NCBI GenBank assembly: GCA_036397795.1
Contig: DASWIF010000040.1
Location: 1-59,038, forward strand
Length of the DNA: 59,038 bases
From: Candidatus Saccharimonadales bacterium
GTDB taxonomy: Bacteria > Patescibacteriota > Saccharimonadia > Saccharimonadales > DASWIF01
Direction of reading: 5' to 3'
Position numbers and translations under genes: made by a program. The first letter of the stretch is position 1. Every line of letters starts with the position of its first letter. Below are positions 44,174 to 53,564 of the stretch, one piece after another. Under the pieces are notes generated by a model. It was given only the letters and a program-made list of their open reading frames with translations, made no database searches and had not been told where the DNA came from.

Positions 44174-45453
44174 GCGGCTAACTTCTTTTCAAACATTGTG
44201 TCGTAGTGGCTTAAGACTGAATCAACAGTTGGTAATTTGAATCTGTTGTTAGCGGTTAATCTCATTTTGACCATTTGAGCATGCTCTGTAAACTTACGTT
44301 TCAAATAAGTATCGATATTTTCATTGGCTTCGCGGTCGTTACTAATAGCCTCTTTGGCACTGATTATTGTTATGGGTCGAGCATACCATCCACTTGTTTT
44401 ACTGAAGCCGTCGATATGTCCAATATCAGTTATTGATTCGGTCCCAGCTCCATCGGTTTTACATTGCAGAAAGTGGCGCCCGCTTCTATCAGCCACTAAG
44501 ATGTCAATCGACTGTTTATTGTCCCATATGCCCCCTGTCATCTCGTGGCGCGGATAATCTTCTCGAGGGTAAGCGCTCCTGACATATGACGATGCGTATA
44601 ACTGGTGGCGCATTATGTAGTCTCTATAGGCTAATGTAACTAACCATTCAAAGGCTATGCCGGGCAAAACCTGATCGGATTTTATCCAGTCTGTGTAAGT
44701 ATTAATGTATCGAATCTGTGCTCGTCTGAAATTATTTTCGATGTCGCTAGCTTTGTGTCCGGCCCTTGCTTCCAAGTGAAGTTTGTAAAACTCAATATCA
44801 AATTGTCGTCTGAGCATTGAAGTCACGGCCTCGGGATTTTCGTGCAATCTATCAACGTCCAGCTTCGACAGGATTTTCGAGGATTCCAGAGCTGATTTGC
44901 CTGCACTCTCATACCCTGATCCCGGTATCATCAAAAAGATGCCGGCTTCTTGCAGCATAGCCGCCATAACATTATTAAACGTGTGTCGTTTTGAAGGTCC
45001 CTCAATGAGGCGGCTAATTTTGATTATTGATTCAGGATCCAGCTCGTTTATAAAGCCGGCAGCGTTTTCAGTGTTGTTAGAATTTCTTCTGCTGCCGACT
45101 AGAGCCGGTACGAGAGCGGTCACATACTCCGCCGTATTAGCCTCAGGTTCCAACACTCCGAGCGACCAATAAGCTTTGTGGGCGACGATTTTGGCTTCGT
45201 GATCGGTTATTGTTGGCAACCGTGAGGGGTGGGCGTTATTAACAATGAAATTATTCTTAAGAAATTTTTGATTTGAACTAAACCTCGTTTTAGGAGCTAA
45301 ACCACTGGCTGGGTCTTGCACCGCAAGTTTACCTAGCGCGGTCACGCGGTCGTTGTTAAGTCTTTCAACTTCAGTCCAAAAATTTAGGGGTGTTATATCC
45401 GGGTTACCGACAAGCTCCTCAAGGTTCATCCTCTGAGGGGCTTGTTGAGTCAT
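44170..45453 (-). CDS. Hypothetical 427-aa protein with a C-terminal PD-(D/E)xK-like nuclease motif
   Basis: ORF track. AFEWLV ... SIDILVADRSGRHFLQCKTDG (about 44455-44512) fits E...D...(E/Q)xK. The gene is about 37-42% GC by my line counts. Confidence 0.55.
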   Translation of the reverse strand: MTQQAPQRMNLEELVGNPDITPLNFWTEVERLNNDRVTALGKLAVQDPASGLAPKTRFSSNQKFLKNNFIVNNAHPSRLPTITDHEAKIVAHKAYWSLGVLEPEANTAEYVTALVPALVGSRRNSNNTENAAGFINELDPESIIKISRLIEGPSKRHTFNNVMAAMLQEAGIFLMIPGSGYESAGKSALESSKILSKLDVDRLHENPEAVTSMLRRQFDIEFYKLHLEARAGHKASDIENNFRRAQIRYINTYTDWIKSDQVLPGIAFEWLVTLAYRDYIMRHQLYASSYVRSAYPREDYPRHEMTGGIWDNKQSIDILVADRSGRHFLQCKTDGAGTESITDIGHIDGFSKTSGWYARPITIISAKEAISNDREANENIDTYLKRKFTEHAQMVKMRLTANNRFKLPTVDSVLSHYDTMFEKKLAA

Positions 45454-45579
45454 CTCAGGCTAGCCTTTTTGTTTTATTCGGCATGTTAGAGTCTAGTGTA
45501 AACAAAAACTTTCGCTTTTGTCAAAACCCTCGTGCTTTACATTAATCGTCAGGCAGTGAAATAATGGTAGCTATCTAAC

Positions 45580-48500
45580 TTGGGGGTAAGCTTGGTGCGC
45601 ACTACATATTTTGTTCGTCCAAATATTCGGCTGTTCAATCTGATAGCAGCGGCAGTTTTACTGTTAACGTTGTTGGTGCCGTTTGCTGGTGTAGTTAAAG
45701 CCGCACCGCCATCGACCACGATTAGCTCGAGCGCCCAAACCTTGGGTAACCTAAATAACTTACTCGGCGTTAACGCCGGGACTTCAGGTATTGTTTATTC
45801 GCGCAAGAATCCGGGCGTGCTGTGGCTGGTGAACGACCAGCGCGATCGGCCGGATGGCGGCAGCCAAACGTTGTACGCTATCGACCCGGCCGCTTGGCGG
45901 GTGCTGGCCCGCTACACCGTTACGACTGCCGCTGGCTCGCCTTATAGCTGGACGGATATGGAAGACATGGCTACCGGCCCCGGCGGTTCGACCGGCTGGT
46001 ATCTTTACTTGTACGAGAATTTACCCGGCGTTGGCACGAATCATTTATTACGGATCGAGGAACCAATCGTCACGCTTTCGCAGCCGACTAATAACACCGC
46101 CACGGTAGCGGTTGATAGAGACGTCAGCTTGAATTTTTCTCTTAGCTCCAATGTGGAAGTTGAGACACTGGCTTATGACAGTACAACCGACACGGCGCTG
46201 TTCGTTGAGCGCCGCCGTTCTAATTCTGGCTGTACGATGTCGGCCGACGATACGCCTAACCGAACGTGGAAGGCCGATAACTTTGCCGCCCAAGTTAGCG
46301 TAGGCTCCACCGTCCAGTTGACTAGTACCAGCGGCGTGGCCGGGCGGCCGCTGGGCGCGCCTAATAACCCGTTTAATATGATTGGCGGGGGTGATATTTC
46401 CGTCGACGGACACGTGTTTGGGGTTAATACCGCTCCCCGGTTTGGCAACTGCACTAACCGCGACGCTTATGCCACTCTTCGCTACCGAGAAGACGGACAG
46501 ACGTGGGATCAAGCCTTGGCCGCTCAGGTCCAGATTGCTTATGGCGATTCTCGGCAGGCTTTAACCTTTAATTCGGAGTCCTTTGCCTTCGCTACCGATA
46601 TGAGCCATATTTTATACGGGCCGGAATTTGGCGGCAGTGGCGGGGTACTGTATCGCAAGAACATAACTTACGTGCCGCCAACTGGCACACCCCCACCTCC
46701 ACCCCCGCCCGACGGTGACCCAGTACCGACGACCGTAGTAGCCCCAGGCTCCAGTTGGCGCTACAACGCCAGCGGAACCGATCTTGGTACGGCCTGGCGC
46801 GGTGTCGGTTACAGCGACGGTTCGTGGCCGGTCGGCAATACCCAGTTTGGCTTTGGCGAAAACGACCAAGCGACCACCATCCCCAACAACGGCATCACTT
46901 CTTACTACCGCACAACCTTTGACGTGGCCGATATCAGCCAGGTGACGGCGCTTGATCTCAATTTAGTCCGCGATGACGGCGCGGTAGTCTACGTCAACGG
47001 CGTGGAAGTTAACCGCCAAAGCATGCCCGGCGGCACGGTTACATTTGGCACTCTGGCCAACTGGACTCCAAACGCAGAAGAAAATGCCTGGCACGCCGCC
47101 AGCCTTAGCCCGGCTAATTTGGTTAATGGCGCCAATACGCTGGCGGTTGAGGTTCATAACTCCAGCGCTTCCAGCTCGGACGTAAGTTTTGATCTTGAAC
47201 TCATCCTGACGGCGACCGACGAAGGTACGCCACCACCGCCACCACCGCCACCTCCTCCGCCCACCGGTTTTAGCGTGGTAGCGGCCGCCGGCGATATTGC
47301 CAGCTGTTCCTCGCCCGGCGACGAACAAACAGCCTCGGTAGTTAGTAGTATATTCGCCAGCGGCAGTGGCAGCGTAGCGACGGTAGGCGACCACGCCTAC
47401 AATGACGGCACGACTGCCGAATTTGCCAATTGCTACGATCCAACCTGGGGCGAATTCAAAGATATTACTTATCCGGCGGTAGGCAACCACGAGTACCACA
47501 CCAGCGGCGCCACGCCGTATTACAACTACTTCGGCGCCCGGGCGGGCGACCCGACTCAAGGCTATTACTCCTATGACATCGACGCCAATTGGCACGCGGT
47601 CGTACTCAACTCAATGTGCGCGGAGGTTGCCGGTGGCGGCTGCGGCGCCAGCAGCGCCCAGACCCAATGGCTCCGAGCTGATTTAGCGGCTAATTCTGAC
47701 AAGAATGTCCTGGCCTATTGGCACCACCCCCGCTTTACCAAGAACAACTATAACGACCACTTAAATGTTCAACCGCTGTGGCAGGCACTGTATGATTTTG
47801 GCGTTGATTTGGCATTAGCTGGCCACGAGCATCACTATGAACGTTACATGCCGCTGGACGCTAACGGTCTACCGGATTCAAACTTTGGCATCCGGGAATT
47901 CATAGTCGGCACTGGCGGAATTGCTCTCCGGCCGCAAATGCAAACGCCGTCGGTTTACTCCGAGACCCGCAACTTCACCGATTGGGGTGTGCTCAAGCTG
48001 ACCCTGACGGCTGACAGCTACGCCTGGGACTTTGTCCACGTGGCCGGTGGTACATATACCGACAGCGGCAGCCAAGCGGTCCATGGCGCTCCGTCAACAC
48101 CTCCGCCCCCGCCTCCGCCGGCCGTGGAGGATTTGCCAATTGATCCCGGCTCGGCCTGGCTCTATAACGACAGTGGAGCTAATTTAGGCACTGCCTGGCG
48201 TGGCGCCGGCTACGATGATAGCTCGTGGTCTAATGGCCCGGCCCAACTGGGCTTTGGTGACGGCGACGAGGCAACGGTAACTATAAAAAATGGCATTACC
48301 ACTTACTTTAGGAAGAAATTCAATGTTAGTGACGTCTCAGCCATCAGCGACCTGACGCTCAATCTTGTCCGCGATGACGGTGCCGTGGTCTACCTAAACG
48401 GCGTTGAAGTTGTTCGGTCCAACATGCCGAGCGGCACCATAAACTTTGACACCAACGCGGCCTCGACGATTGCCGGTGCCGACGAAAGCGCCTGGAACGT

Positions 48501-48993
48501 CTTTACCGTCAGCAAATCTAGCCTGGTAAACGGTACTAACACCATCGCGGTAGAGATTCACAATAACGGCAGTACCAGCTCGGATATCAGTTTTGACCTG
48601 GAGTTGATCGCCAATACGGCTCCAACGCCTCCGCCGCCCGGGCCGGATACGACTCTGCCCGAACCGTTTTCCGGTTTTACGGCTGGCACGGTCTTTAACG
48701 GGCCGAGCGTCACCTTGAGCGGCACGGCCACCGATAACGTCGGCGTCACGCAAGTCAAAGTTGGTGTCAGGCAACGCTTTGGCTCACAACTGTGGTTGCA
48801 AGCCAACGGAACCTTTGCCGCTAGTACTATCAGGCACAACGCCACCGTCACCAACGCCGGCAGCCAGTCGGTCGGCTGGTCTTACTTTATTGCCAACCTG
48901 CCATCCAATGACTATTTGATGTCGGTCTATGCTATCGACGCCGCTAATAACTGGGGACCGATAGCCAGCTGGGTGACTTTCTCAGTTAATTAG
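45580..48993 (+). CDS. Large secreted multidomain protein: calcineurin-like metallophosphoesterase core flanked by two copies of a beta-sandwich domain, poly-Pro linkers, C-terminal Ig-like domain
   Basis: ORF track, 1137 aa. The start is uncertain (TTG 45580, TTG 45592 or GVG-context GTG 45595). TM/signal LFNLIAAAVLLLTLLVPFAGVVKA. Phosphoesterase motifs: GDIASC, VGDHAYNDG, GNHEY, WHHPRF, GHEHHYERY. Repeated domain at about 46741-47215 and 48141-48612. Confidence 0.8.
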   Translation: MGVSLVRTTYFVRPNIRLFNLIAAAVLLLTLLVPFAGVVKAAPPSTTISSSAQTLGNLNNLLGVNAGTSGIVYSRKNPGVLWLVNDQRDRPDGGSQTLYAIDPAAWRVLARYTVTTAAGSPYSWTDMEDMATGPGGSTGWYLYLYENLPGVGTNHLLRIEEPIVTLSQPTNNTATVAVDRDVSLNFSLSSNVEVETLAYDSTTDTALFVERRRSNSGCTMSADDTPNRTWKADNFAAQVSVGSTVQLTSTSGVAGRPLGAPNNPFNMIGGGDISVDGHVFGVNTAPRFGNCTNRDAYATLRYREDGQTWDQALAAQVQIAYGDSRQALTFNSESFAFATDMSHILYGPEFGGSGGVLYRKNITYVPPTGTPPPPPPPDGDPVPTTVVAPGSSWRYNASGTDLGTAWRGVGYSDGSWPVGNTQFGFGENDQATTIPNNGITSYYRTTFDVADISQVTALDLNLVRDDGAVVYVNGVEVNRQSMPGGTVTFGTLANWTPNAEENAWHAASLSPANLVNGANTLAVEVHNSSASSSDVSFDLELILTATDEGTPPPPPPPPPPPTGFSVVAAAGDIASCSSPGDEQTASVVSSIFASGSGSVATVGDHAYNDGTTAEFANCYDPTWGEFKDITYPAVGNHEYHTSGATPYYNYFGARAGDPTQGYYSYDIDANWHAVVLNSMCAEVAGGGCGASSAQTQWLRADLAANSDKNVLAYWHHPRFTKNNYNDHLNVQPLWQALYDFGVDLALAGHEHHYERYMPLDANGLPDSNFGIREFIVGTGGIALRPQMQTPSVYSETRNFTDWGVLKLTLTADSYAWDFVHVAGGTYTDSGSQAVHGAPSTPPPPPPPAVEDLPIDPGSAWLYNDSGANLGTAWRGAGYDDSSWSNGPAQLGFGDGDEATVTIKNGITTYFRKKFNVSDVSAISDLTLNLVRDDGAVVYLNGVEVVRSNMPSGTINFDTNAASTIAGADESAWNVFTVSKSSLVNGTNTIAVEIHNNGSTSSDISFDLELIANTAPTPPPPGPDTTLPEPFSGFTAGTVFNGPSVTLSGTATDNVGVTQVKVGVRQRFGSQLWLQANGTFAASTIRHNATVTNAGSQSVGWSYFIANLPSNDYLMSVYAIDAANNWGPIASWVTFSVN

Positions 48994-50263
48994 ATTTAGC
49001 CAATAATTCTTCGGCGACCGCTCGTTCTGACCATTTGATTTTCTGATCGCCGATTACTCGGTATGTTTGGTGGCCGATGCCGGCCAGTAATATCGTGTCT
49101 CCCCGTTTTGCTAGCTCCATTGCTTTGGCGATAGCACCCCGCCGGTCGCCGACTTCATAAATCTCGGCGCCGTCGACTACGCTGTCAGCCCCTTGCAGTA
49201 CAGCGGCCCGAATCGACAGCGGGTTCTCGCTGTAAGGGTCGTCGTCAGTCACGATCATGACATCGCTAAGACGGGCGGCGATTTTGCCCATGAGGGGACG
49301 CTTGCTGGCATCTCTATCTCCGGTGGCGCCGAACACGGTGATAATTCGTCTCTTAGTTACGCCCTGGAGGGTCTCTAACACGTTCTTGAGCGCGTCGGGC
49401 GTATGAGCATAGTCGATAATGATGTTGAACCCTCGTTTTGTCGGCAAGTTCTCCATCCGGCCCGGTACTTGCTCCAGGTTCTTAAGACCTTGGCTAATAA
49501 CCTCCGGCTCCAAGCCCAAGCCGTGGGCGATGGCCGCGGCGCAGAGCGCGTTATAAGCGTTGAATTTGCCGGTCAGCTTTAGTTTGACCTTGATTAAGGC
49601 TCGTTCCAGCTTGAGTTCTAACACCGAACCGTGCGGGCCCAGCTTGGCGGCGGCTATCCGGCAGTCGGCATCCGGATCGACACCGTAGGTTATTACCCGG
49701 TCTTTTGGCTCGAACTTGTCAAAAAAATGAAACCACTCATCGTCGCGGTTGAGAATATGCAGACGAGCCTTTCTTCTAAAGAGCTTGCCTTTAGCGGCGG
49801 CGTAAGCATCCATCGACCCGTGCCAATCAAGATGGTCCTGCGTTAAGTTGGTAATGGCCGCTACCTCGATCGGGATGCCCCATATGCGGGATTGGCTGAG
49901 CGCGTGCGAGGTAGTCTCCAGTATGACCCAATCAACCTGGGCTTGCTTGAACTGCTTTAGCAGCTTAAATAGGCGGAACGGGTCGGTCACGGTCATGTTG
50001 GTGTCGTTCGGGGTTTGTCGGTCGCCGACCTGGTAAAAAGCGGTCGTACTTATTCCGACCCGCCAGCCTTGTTGTTGCAGGATCTTGCCCAGTAGAGCCG
50101 CCGTTGTAGTCTTGCCGTTGGTGCCGGTAATGGCCACTACTTTAAGCGACCGAGCGGGCAGGCCGTAACGAAGGTTGGCCGCTATCGCTTGCAGCCGATG
50201 ATAGGCGGGCAAAAGGGGTTTTGCCAGCGAAATCGGGACTATCCGTTTTAACCAAGCCATCAT
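48986..50263 (-). CDS. murE: Mur ligase, MurE-like (UDP-MurNAc-L-Ala-D-Glu:diamino acid ligase), short N-terminus
   Basis: ORF track, 425 aa. ITGTNGKTTTA, IDYAHTPDAL, TDDDPYSENP. Confidence 0.8.
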   Translation of the reverse strand: MMAWLKRIVPISLAKPLLPAYHRLQAIAANLRYGLPARSLKVVAITGTNGKTTTAALLGKILQQQGWRVGISTTAFYQVGDRQTPNDTNMTVTDPFRLFKLLKQFKQAQVDWVILETTSHALSQSRIWGIPIEVAAITNLTQDHLDWHGSMDAYAAAKGKLFRRKARLHILNRDDEWFHFFDKFEPKDRVITYGVDPDADCRIAAAKLGPHGSVLELKLERALIKVKLKLTGKFNAYNALCAAAIAHGLGLEPEVISQGLKNLEQVPGRMENLPTKRGFNIIIDYAHTPDALKNVLETLQGVTKRRIITVFGATGDRDASKRPLMGKIAARLSDVMIVTDDDPYSENPLSIRAAVLQGADSVVDGAEIYEVGDRRGAIAKAMELAKRGDTILLAGIGHQTYRVIGDQKIKWSERAVAEELLAKSN

Positions 50264-50365
50264 TGACTACATCATACAATGGCGGCTAATCGCCGCCAAC
50301 CGCCGTAACTAATATTGACTTCATAGAATATTCGTTATATAATATAAGAATGTTAAGGATGTGTT

Positions 50366-51667
50366 ATGTTTAAACGCGTGATTTTCAAAATTCTAGCGGT
50401 GGTGCTATTAGCCGGCTTGTTCTGGCCGCTTAGCCAGACCACGCTGCCTTTAAACGCGACGGTTCGCGACCGGCGCTGCGAGACCATGATTGCCGGCAAC
50501 CGATCGCGCCTTAACGCTTCACAAATCGCTTGGCTGGAAGACCAGTGTGAGCAAAACGCCAGGGCCGAAGCGCGCGCCCTACCACAAGGTGCATTTGAGC
50601 CGTTTTTATTCCCCGATAAAGAACTAGACCGGTATGGCCACCCGCTAGCTTGCATGGATTTGTCGCCTGCTCGGTTTGGCAAGGTTGACAATCCCAACGT
50701 ACCCAATCCGAACGCCGCTGGCGGCCAGGCGCCGATCAACGTTACCGGTCAATTTATCGTCGCGCCCATAAATGGCAAGATTCAAATCTTTCAACATCAG
50801 GTTTTTTGGGATATCCGGGCCGATAGTACTCCGCTCAAGATCAAATATCAGCTTTACAAACGGGCCGGCGCGGCCAATGAAGACGTGGCAACCTTGACAA
50901 ACTTGGTGCCCTATCAGATCAGAAGTATCTGGACGGTCGTGCCGGAGCATACTCTAAGCGACGGTTTTTATGTTAAAAACGGCAACCAGGATTACACCAT
51001 CGGCGGGGTATTGGTCCGAAACCGCAGTTGGTATCCGGACACCTATTGCCATGATAAACGCGCTCCGACCAGGATTCCTAAGCTGCTGATGGATTTTGCC
51101 GAATCCAAGGGCTGGGGCCAGGGTTTCAACGCGTTGAAATCGGCCAAACTTATCCGGTTTGAAAACTCAGGGGCCAAGACTAAAGCCGGTGACTGGTCAA
51201 TTACCAAGCAGACCGTGTCACTACCCTCAGAAATTAACTGGACGGGCAACTACCCCTGGTTTTATGACAACGCTAATGATTACCAGCCGACTAGCGATAA
51301 TCTTGAACCATACGCCAAACCTTACGAGTGCTTAATCGCCGTCAGCGGGGTTTGCCCCCAGCCGGTTTTCCCGGCCGGAGCAGTGACATTTAAAGGCGTG
51401 GCTGGCGACAACCTCAGCCTTAAACGGGTTATGGTTGGTGTCAAAGATATGACTCACGGCGCCTGGCTGAAACCGGACGGCAGTTGGCGGGCCAAACTTA
51501 TCCGGATTCCGGCTAGTTTAAGTTCACCCGCAGCCAACCCGCTGTACGCCGATTGGAGCCTGAACGTAAACCTGCCAGCCGGCGTCTATAAAATGATCGT
51601 TCGTGCCGAGGACAAAGCCGGTAACCGCGGCAATATGTCGCCGGTGATGTACTTTACCGTCGATTAG
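50366..51667 (+). CDS. Secreted hypothetical protein with a C-terminal Ig-like domain
   Basis: ORF track, 433 aa. Signal peptide MFKRVIFKILAVVLLAGLFWPLS. The C-terminus (GVAGDNLSLKRVMVGVKD...MIVRAEDKAGNRGNMSPVMYFTVD) parallels the C-terminus of the 1137-aa protein. Confidence 0.7.
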   Translation: MFKRVIFKILAVVLLAGLFWPLSQTTLPLNATVRDRRCETMIAGNRSRLNASQIAWLEDQCEQNARAEARALPQGAFEPFLFPDKELDRYGHPLACMDLSPARFGKVDNPNVPNPNAAGGQAPINVTGQFIVAPINGKIQIFQHQVFWDIRADSTPLKIKYQLYKRAGAANEDVATLTNLVPYQIRSIWTVVPEHTLSDGFYVKNGNQDYTIGGVLVRNRSWYPDTYCHDKRAPTRIPKLLMDFAESKGWGQGFNALKSAKLIRFENSGAKTKAGDWSITKQTVSLPSEINWTGNYPWFYDNANDYQPTSDNLEPYAKPYECLIAVSGVCPQPVFPAGAVTFKGVAGDNLSLKRVMVGVKDMTHGAWLKPDGSWRAKLIRIPASLSSPAANPLYADWSLNVNLPAGVYKMIVRAEDKAGNRGNMSPVMYFTVD

Positions 51668-51704
51668 GCCCCGCCGCGGGCGCGTGCGGTAAAATTAAGA
51701 TTGC

Positions 51705-52781
51705 GTGAATGTCCTAGGGATCGAGACCAGCTGTGATGAAAACGCCGCGGCCGTCGTCAAAGACGGCCGCCAGCTTTTAAGCAATGTAGTTTTGAGCCAA
51801 GTCGACCTGCACAAGCTCTACGGCGGCGTGGTGCCAGAAGTAGCGGCTCGTAGCCACATTGAAGTTATGACTCCAACGATTGACCAAGCCATCGATCAAT
51901 CAGGCCTGAGTTGGGATGAGATTGACGCCGTCTGCGTGGCTAATGGCCCGGGACTGGGCGGCAGCCTGTTAATCGGTACTTTGGCCGCTCGGACGCTGGC
52001 GTTGATAAAAAATAAGCCGCTTTATGGTGTCCATCACGCTTTGGGGCACGTCTACGCCAATTTTATTGACTGGGACCATTCCGCTAAAGCCAAACTCGAC
52101 TTGTCGACCGCCACCGCCTGGGCCGAGCCGGAATTTGAGTTATTAGCGTTGATTGTCAGCGGCGGGCACAGCCACCTAGTGTTGCTATCAGACCATCAAA
52201 GCTATCGACTTCTGGGACAAACCCAGGACGACGCTGTCGGCGAGGCCTTTGACAAGGTGGCTAAATTGCTAGGCTTAGCCTATCCCGGCGGACCGAGCAT
52301 CGAGGCCGCCGCTAAAGCCGGCCATCCCGACTTCTTAAAATTACCCAAAGCCAGTATGCCGGGGTTTGATTACAGCTTCTCCGGGTTAAAGACGGCCGTG
52401 CTTCGCGCCGTCCAAGCACTGGTTGGTGTCGATTATAATTTTCCTTCAACCGAGCTCGCTAATAAACTCAATAAGACGCAAATAAGTGATATCGCGGCCA
52501 GCTTTCAACGGATTGCGATCGAAACTCTTGTCGACACCGCCGAGTCGGCTTATAGTCAATTTAGACCCAAGACCGTGGTCATCGCCGGTGGCGTGGCGGC
52601 TAATAGCGAACTCAGGCGGCAACTAGCTAAGCGGCTGCCGCTCGATATCCGTTACGCACCAATCTCGCTTTGCACCGACAACGCCGCCATGATCGCGGCT
52701 CTCGGCTTCTACCGCGCGCGGGCTAAAGCTGCGCCGGACAGCCCCTTTAAGCTGGACATAAATCCTAGCCTAGTCCTATAA
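51705..52781 (+). CDS. tsaD: tRNA N6-adenosine threonylcarbamoyltransferase TsaD
   Basis: ORF track, 358 aa, GTG start. VLGIETSCDENAAAVV, GGHSHL, IAGGVAANSELR. Confidence 0.93.
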   Translation: MNVLGIETSCDENAAAVVKDGRQLLSNVVLSQVDLHKLYGGVVPEVAARSHIEVMTPTIDQAIDQSGLSWDEIDAVCVANGPGLGGSLLIGTLAARTLALIKNKPLYGVHHALGHVYANFIDWDHSAKAKLDLSTATAWAEPEFELLALIVSGGHSHLVLLSDHQSYRLLGQTQDDAVGEAFDKVAKLLGLAYPGGPSIEAAAKAGHPDFLKLPKASMPGFDYSFSGLKTAVLRAVQALVGVDYNFPSTELANKLNKTQISDIAASFQRIAIETLVDTAESAYSQFRPKTVVIAGGVAANSELRRQLAKRLPLDIRYAPISLCTDNAAMIAALGFYRARAKAAPDSPFKLDINPSLVL

Positions 52782-52854
52782 ATTAAAACAACAGATACTT
52801 GCTTTTTTATAAAACTTATGCTAATATTTAATTACGATTCAATTCAAAATCAAA

Positions 52855-53379
52855 ATGTCAACCGAACAATCACCTTCTCATCCAATGGAATCTCCCATTG
52901 ACCCCGAAAACGCCGCCCACCGGGCCGCCACCGAGGGCTTAAGGCGGGAGTTGAAGGCTCACGATGAAGACCAGGCTAACAATGCTCACAATCTGGCCAC
53001 CGATGATTTGCTTAGTCTGCTGCGCGGTCACGACAAAGCCGAAGACCAGGCTCAAACTAGAGCCAAAACCATCAACAGTATAGTTTCATTACTAGCCATG
53101 CCCGAGGAGAATTTAATAGCCGCCGTATCCCCTAGCGGTGACTCTAAGGGCAGCTTAGCCGCGGTAATTGCCGGTCGGGTGGAAGATGTTGTAGAGCGAA
53201 TGGTCACTGATGATAACGGGCAAATCGATTACGCTGAAGCTTTCGGGTTAATTGAAGATTGTCTACTCGAAGCCGACCGAAGACTGCACAGCGACGAGTT
53301 CAATCCGGCTGAGCACGAACAATCGGCTGGCATATTGAGTGTCATACTGGACAATTTAAGAGCGGAGTGGCGGGCTTAA
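52855..53379 (+). CDS. Hypothetical acidic protein
   Basis: ORF track, 174 aa. No motif recognised. Confidence 0.5.
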   Translation: MSTEQSPSHPMESPIDPENAAHRAATEGLRRELKAHDEDQANNAHNLATDDLLSLLRGHDKAEDQAQTRAKTINSIVSLLAMPEENLIAAVSPSGDSKGSLAAVIAGRVEDVVERMVTDDNGQIDYAEAFGLIEDCLLEADRRLHSDEFNPAEHEQSAGILSVILDNLRAEWRA

Positions 53380-53402
53380 TCCGCCGCGACTGAAGTGATG
53401 AC

Positions 53403-53424
53403 CCTCCTCCCCTGGAGGTTTTTT
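53403..53424 (+). terminator. Intrinsic terminator candidate
   Basis: CCTCC (53403-53407) / GGAGG (53414-53418) followed by TTTTTT. Confidence 0.5.
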
Positions 53425-53564
53425 ATTGATTTGGTTACACTGGTTGGGTAAACAAACATTAAAACCAAACCCGGTCATAACGGTGGGATTAGGATACTAG
53501 TAAAGTGTTGCTAGTTATGTATTTGTTTGTCTTTCATGTGAAAGAGGATTGACCCAAGACCTAA

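Noticed and set aside
46963-47595. 210-aa minus-strand ORF and the other antisense ORFs inside the 1137-aa gene. Also 17792..17983, antisense to the poly-Pro tail of the VirB6-like gene.
   Set aside because: These are shadow frames of GC-rich, Pro/Gly-rich coding sequence (Arg/Gly/Trp repeats) with no independent support.
53430-53564. T-box leader upstream of valS.
   Set aside because: Only a loose GGTGGGATTAGG resemblance. There is no GGTGGTACCGCG core and no convincing specifier or antiterminator architecture. The region is only about 135 nt.
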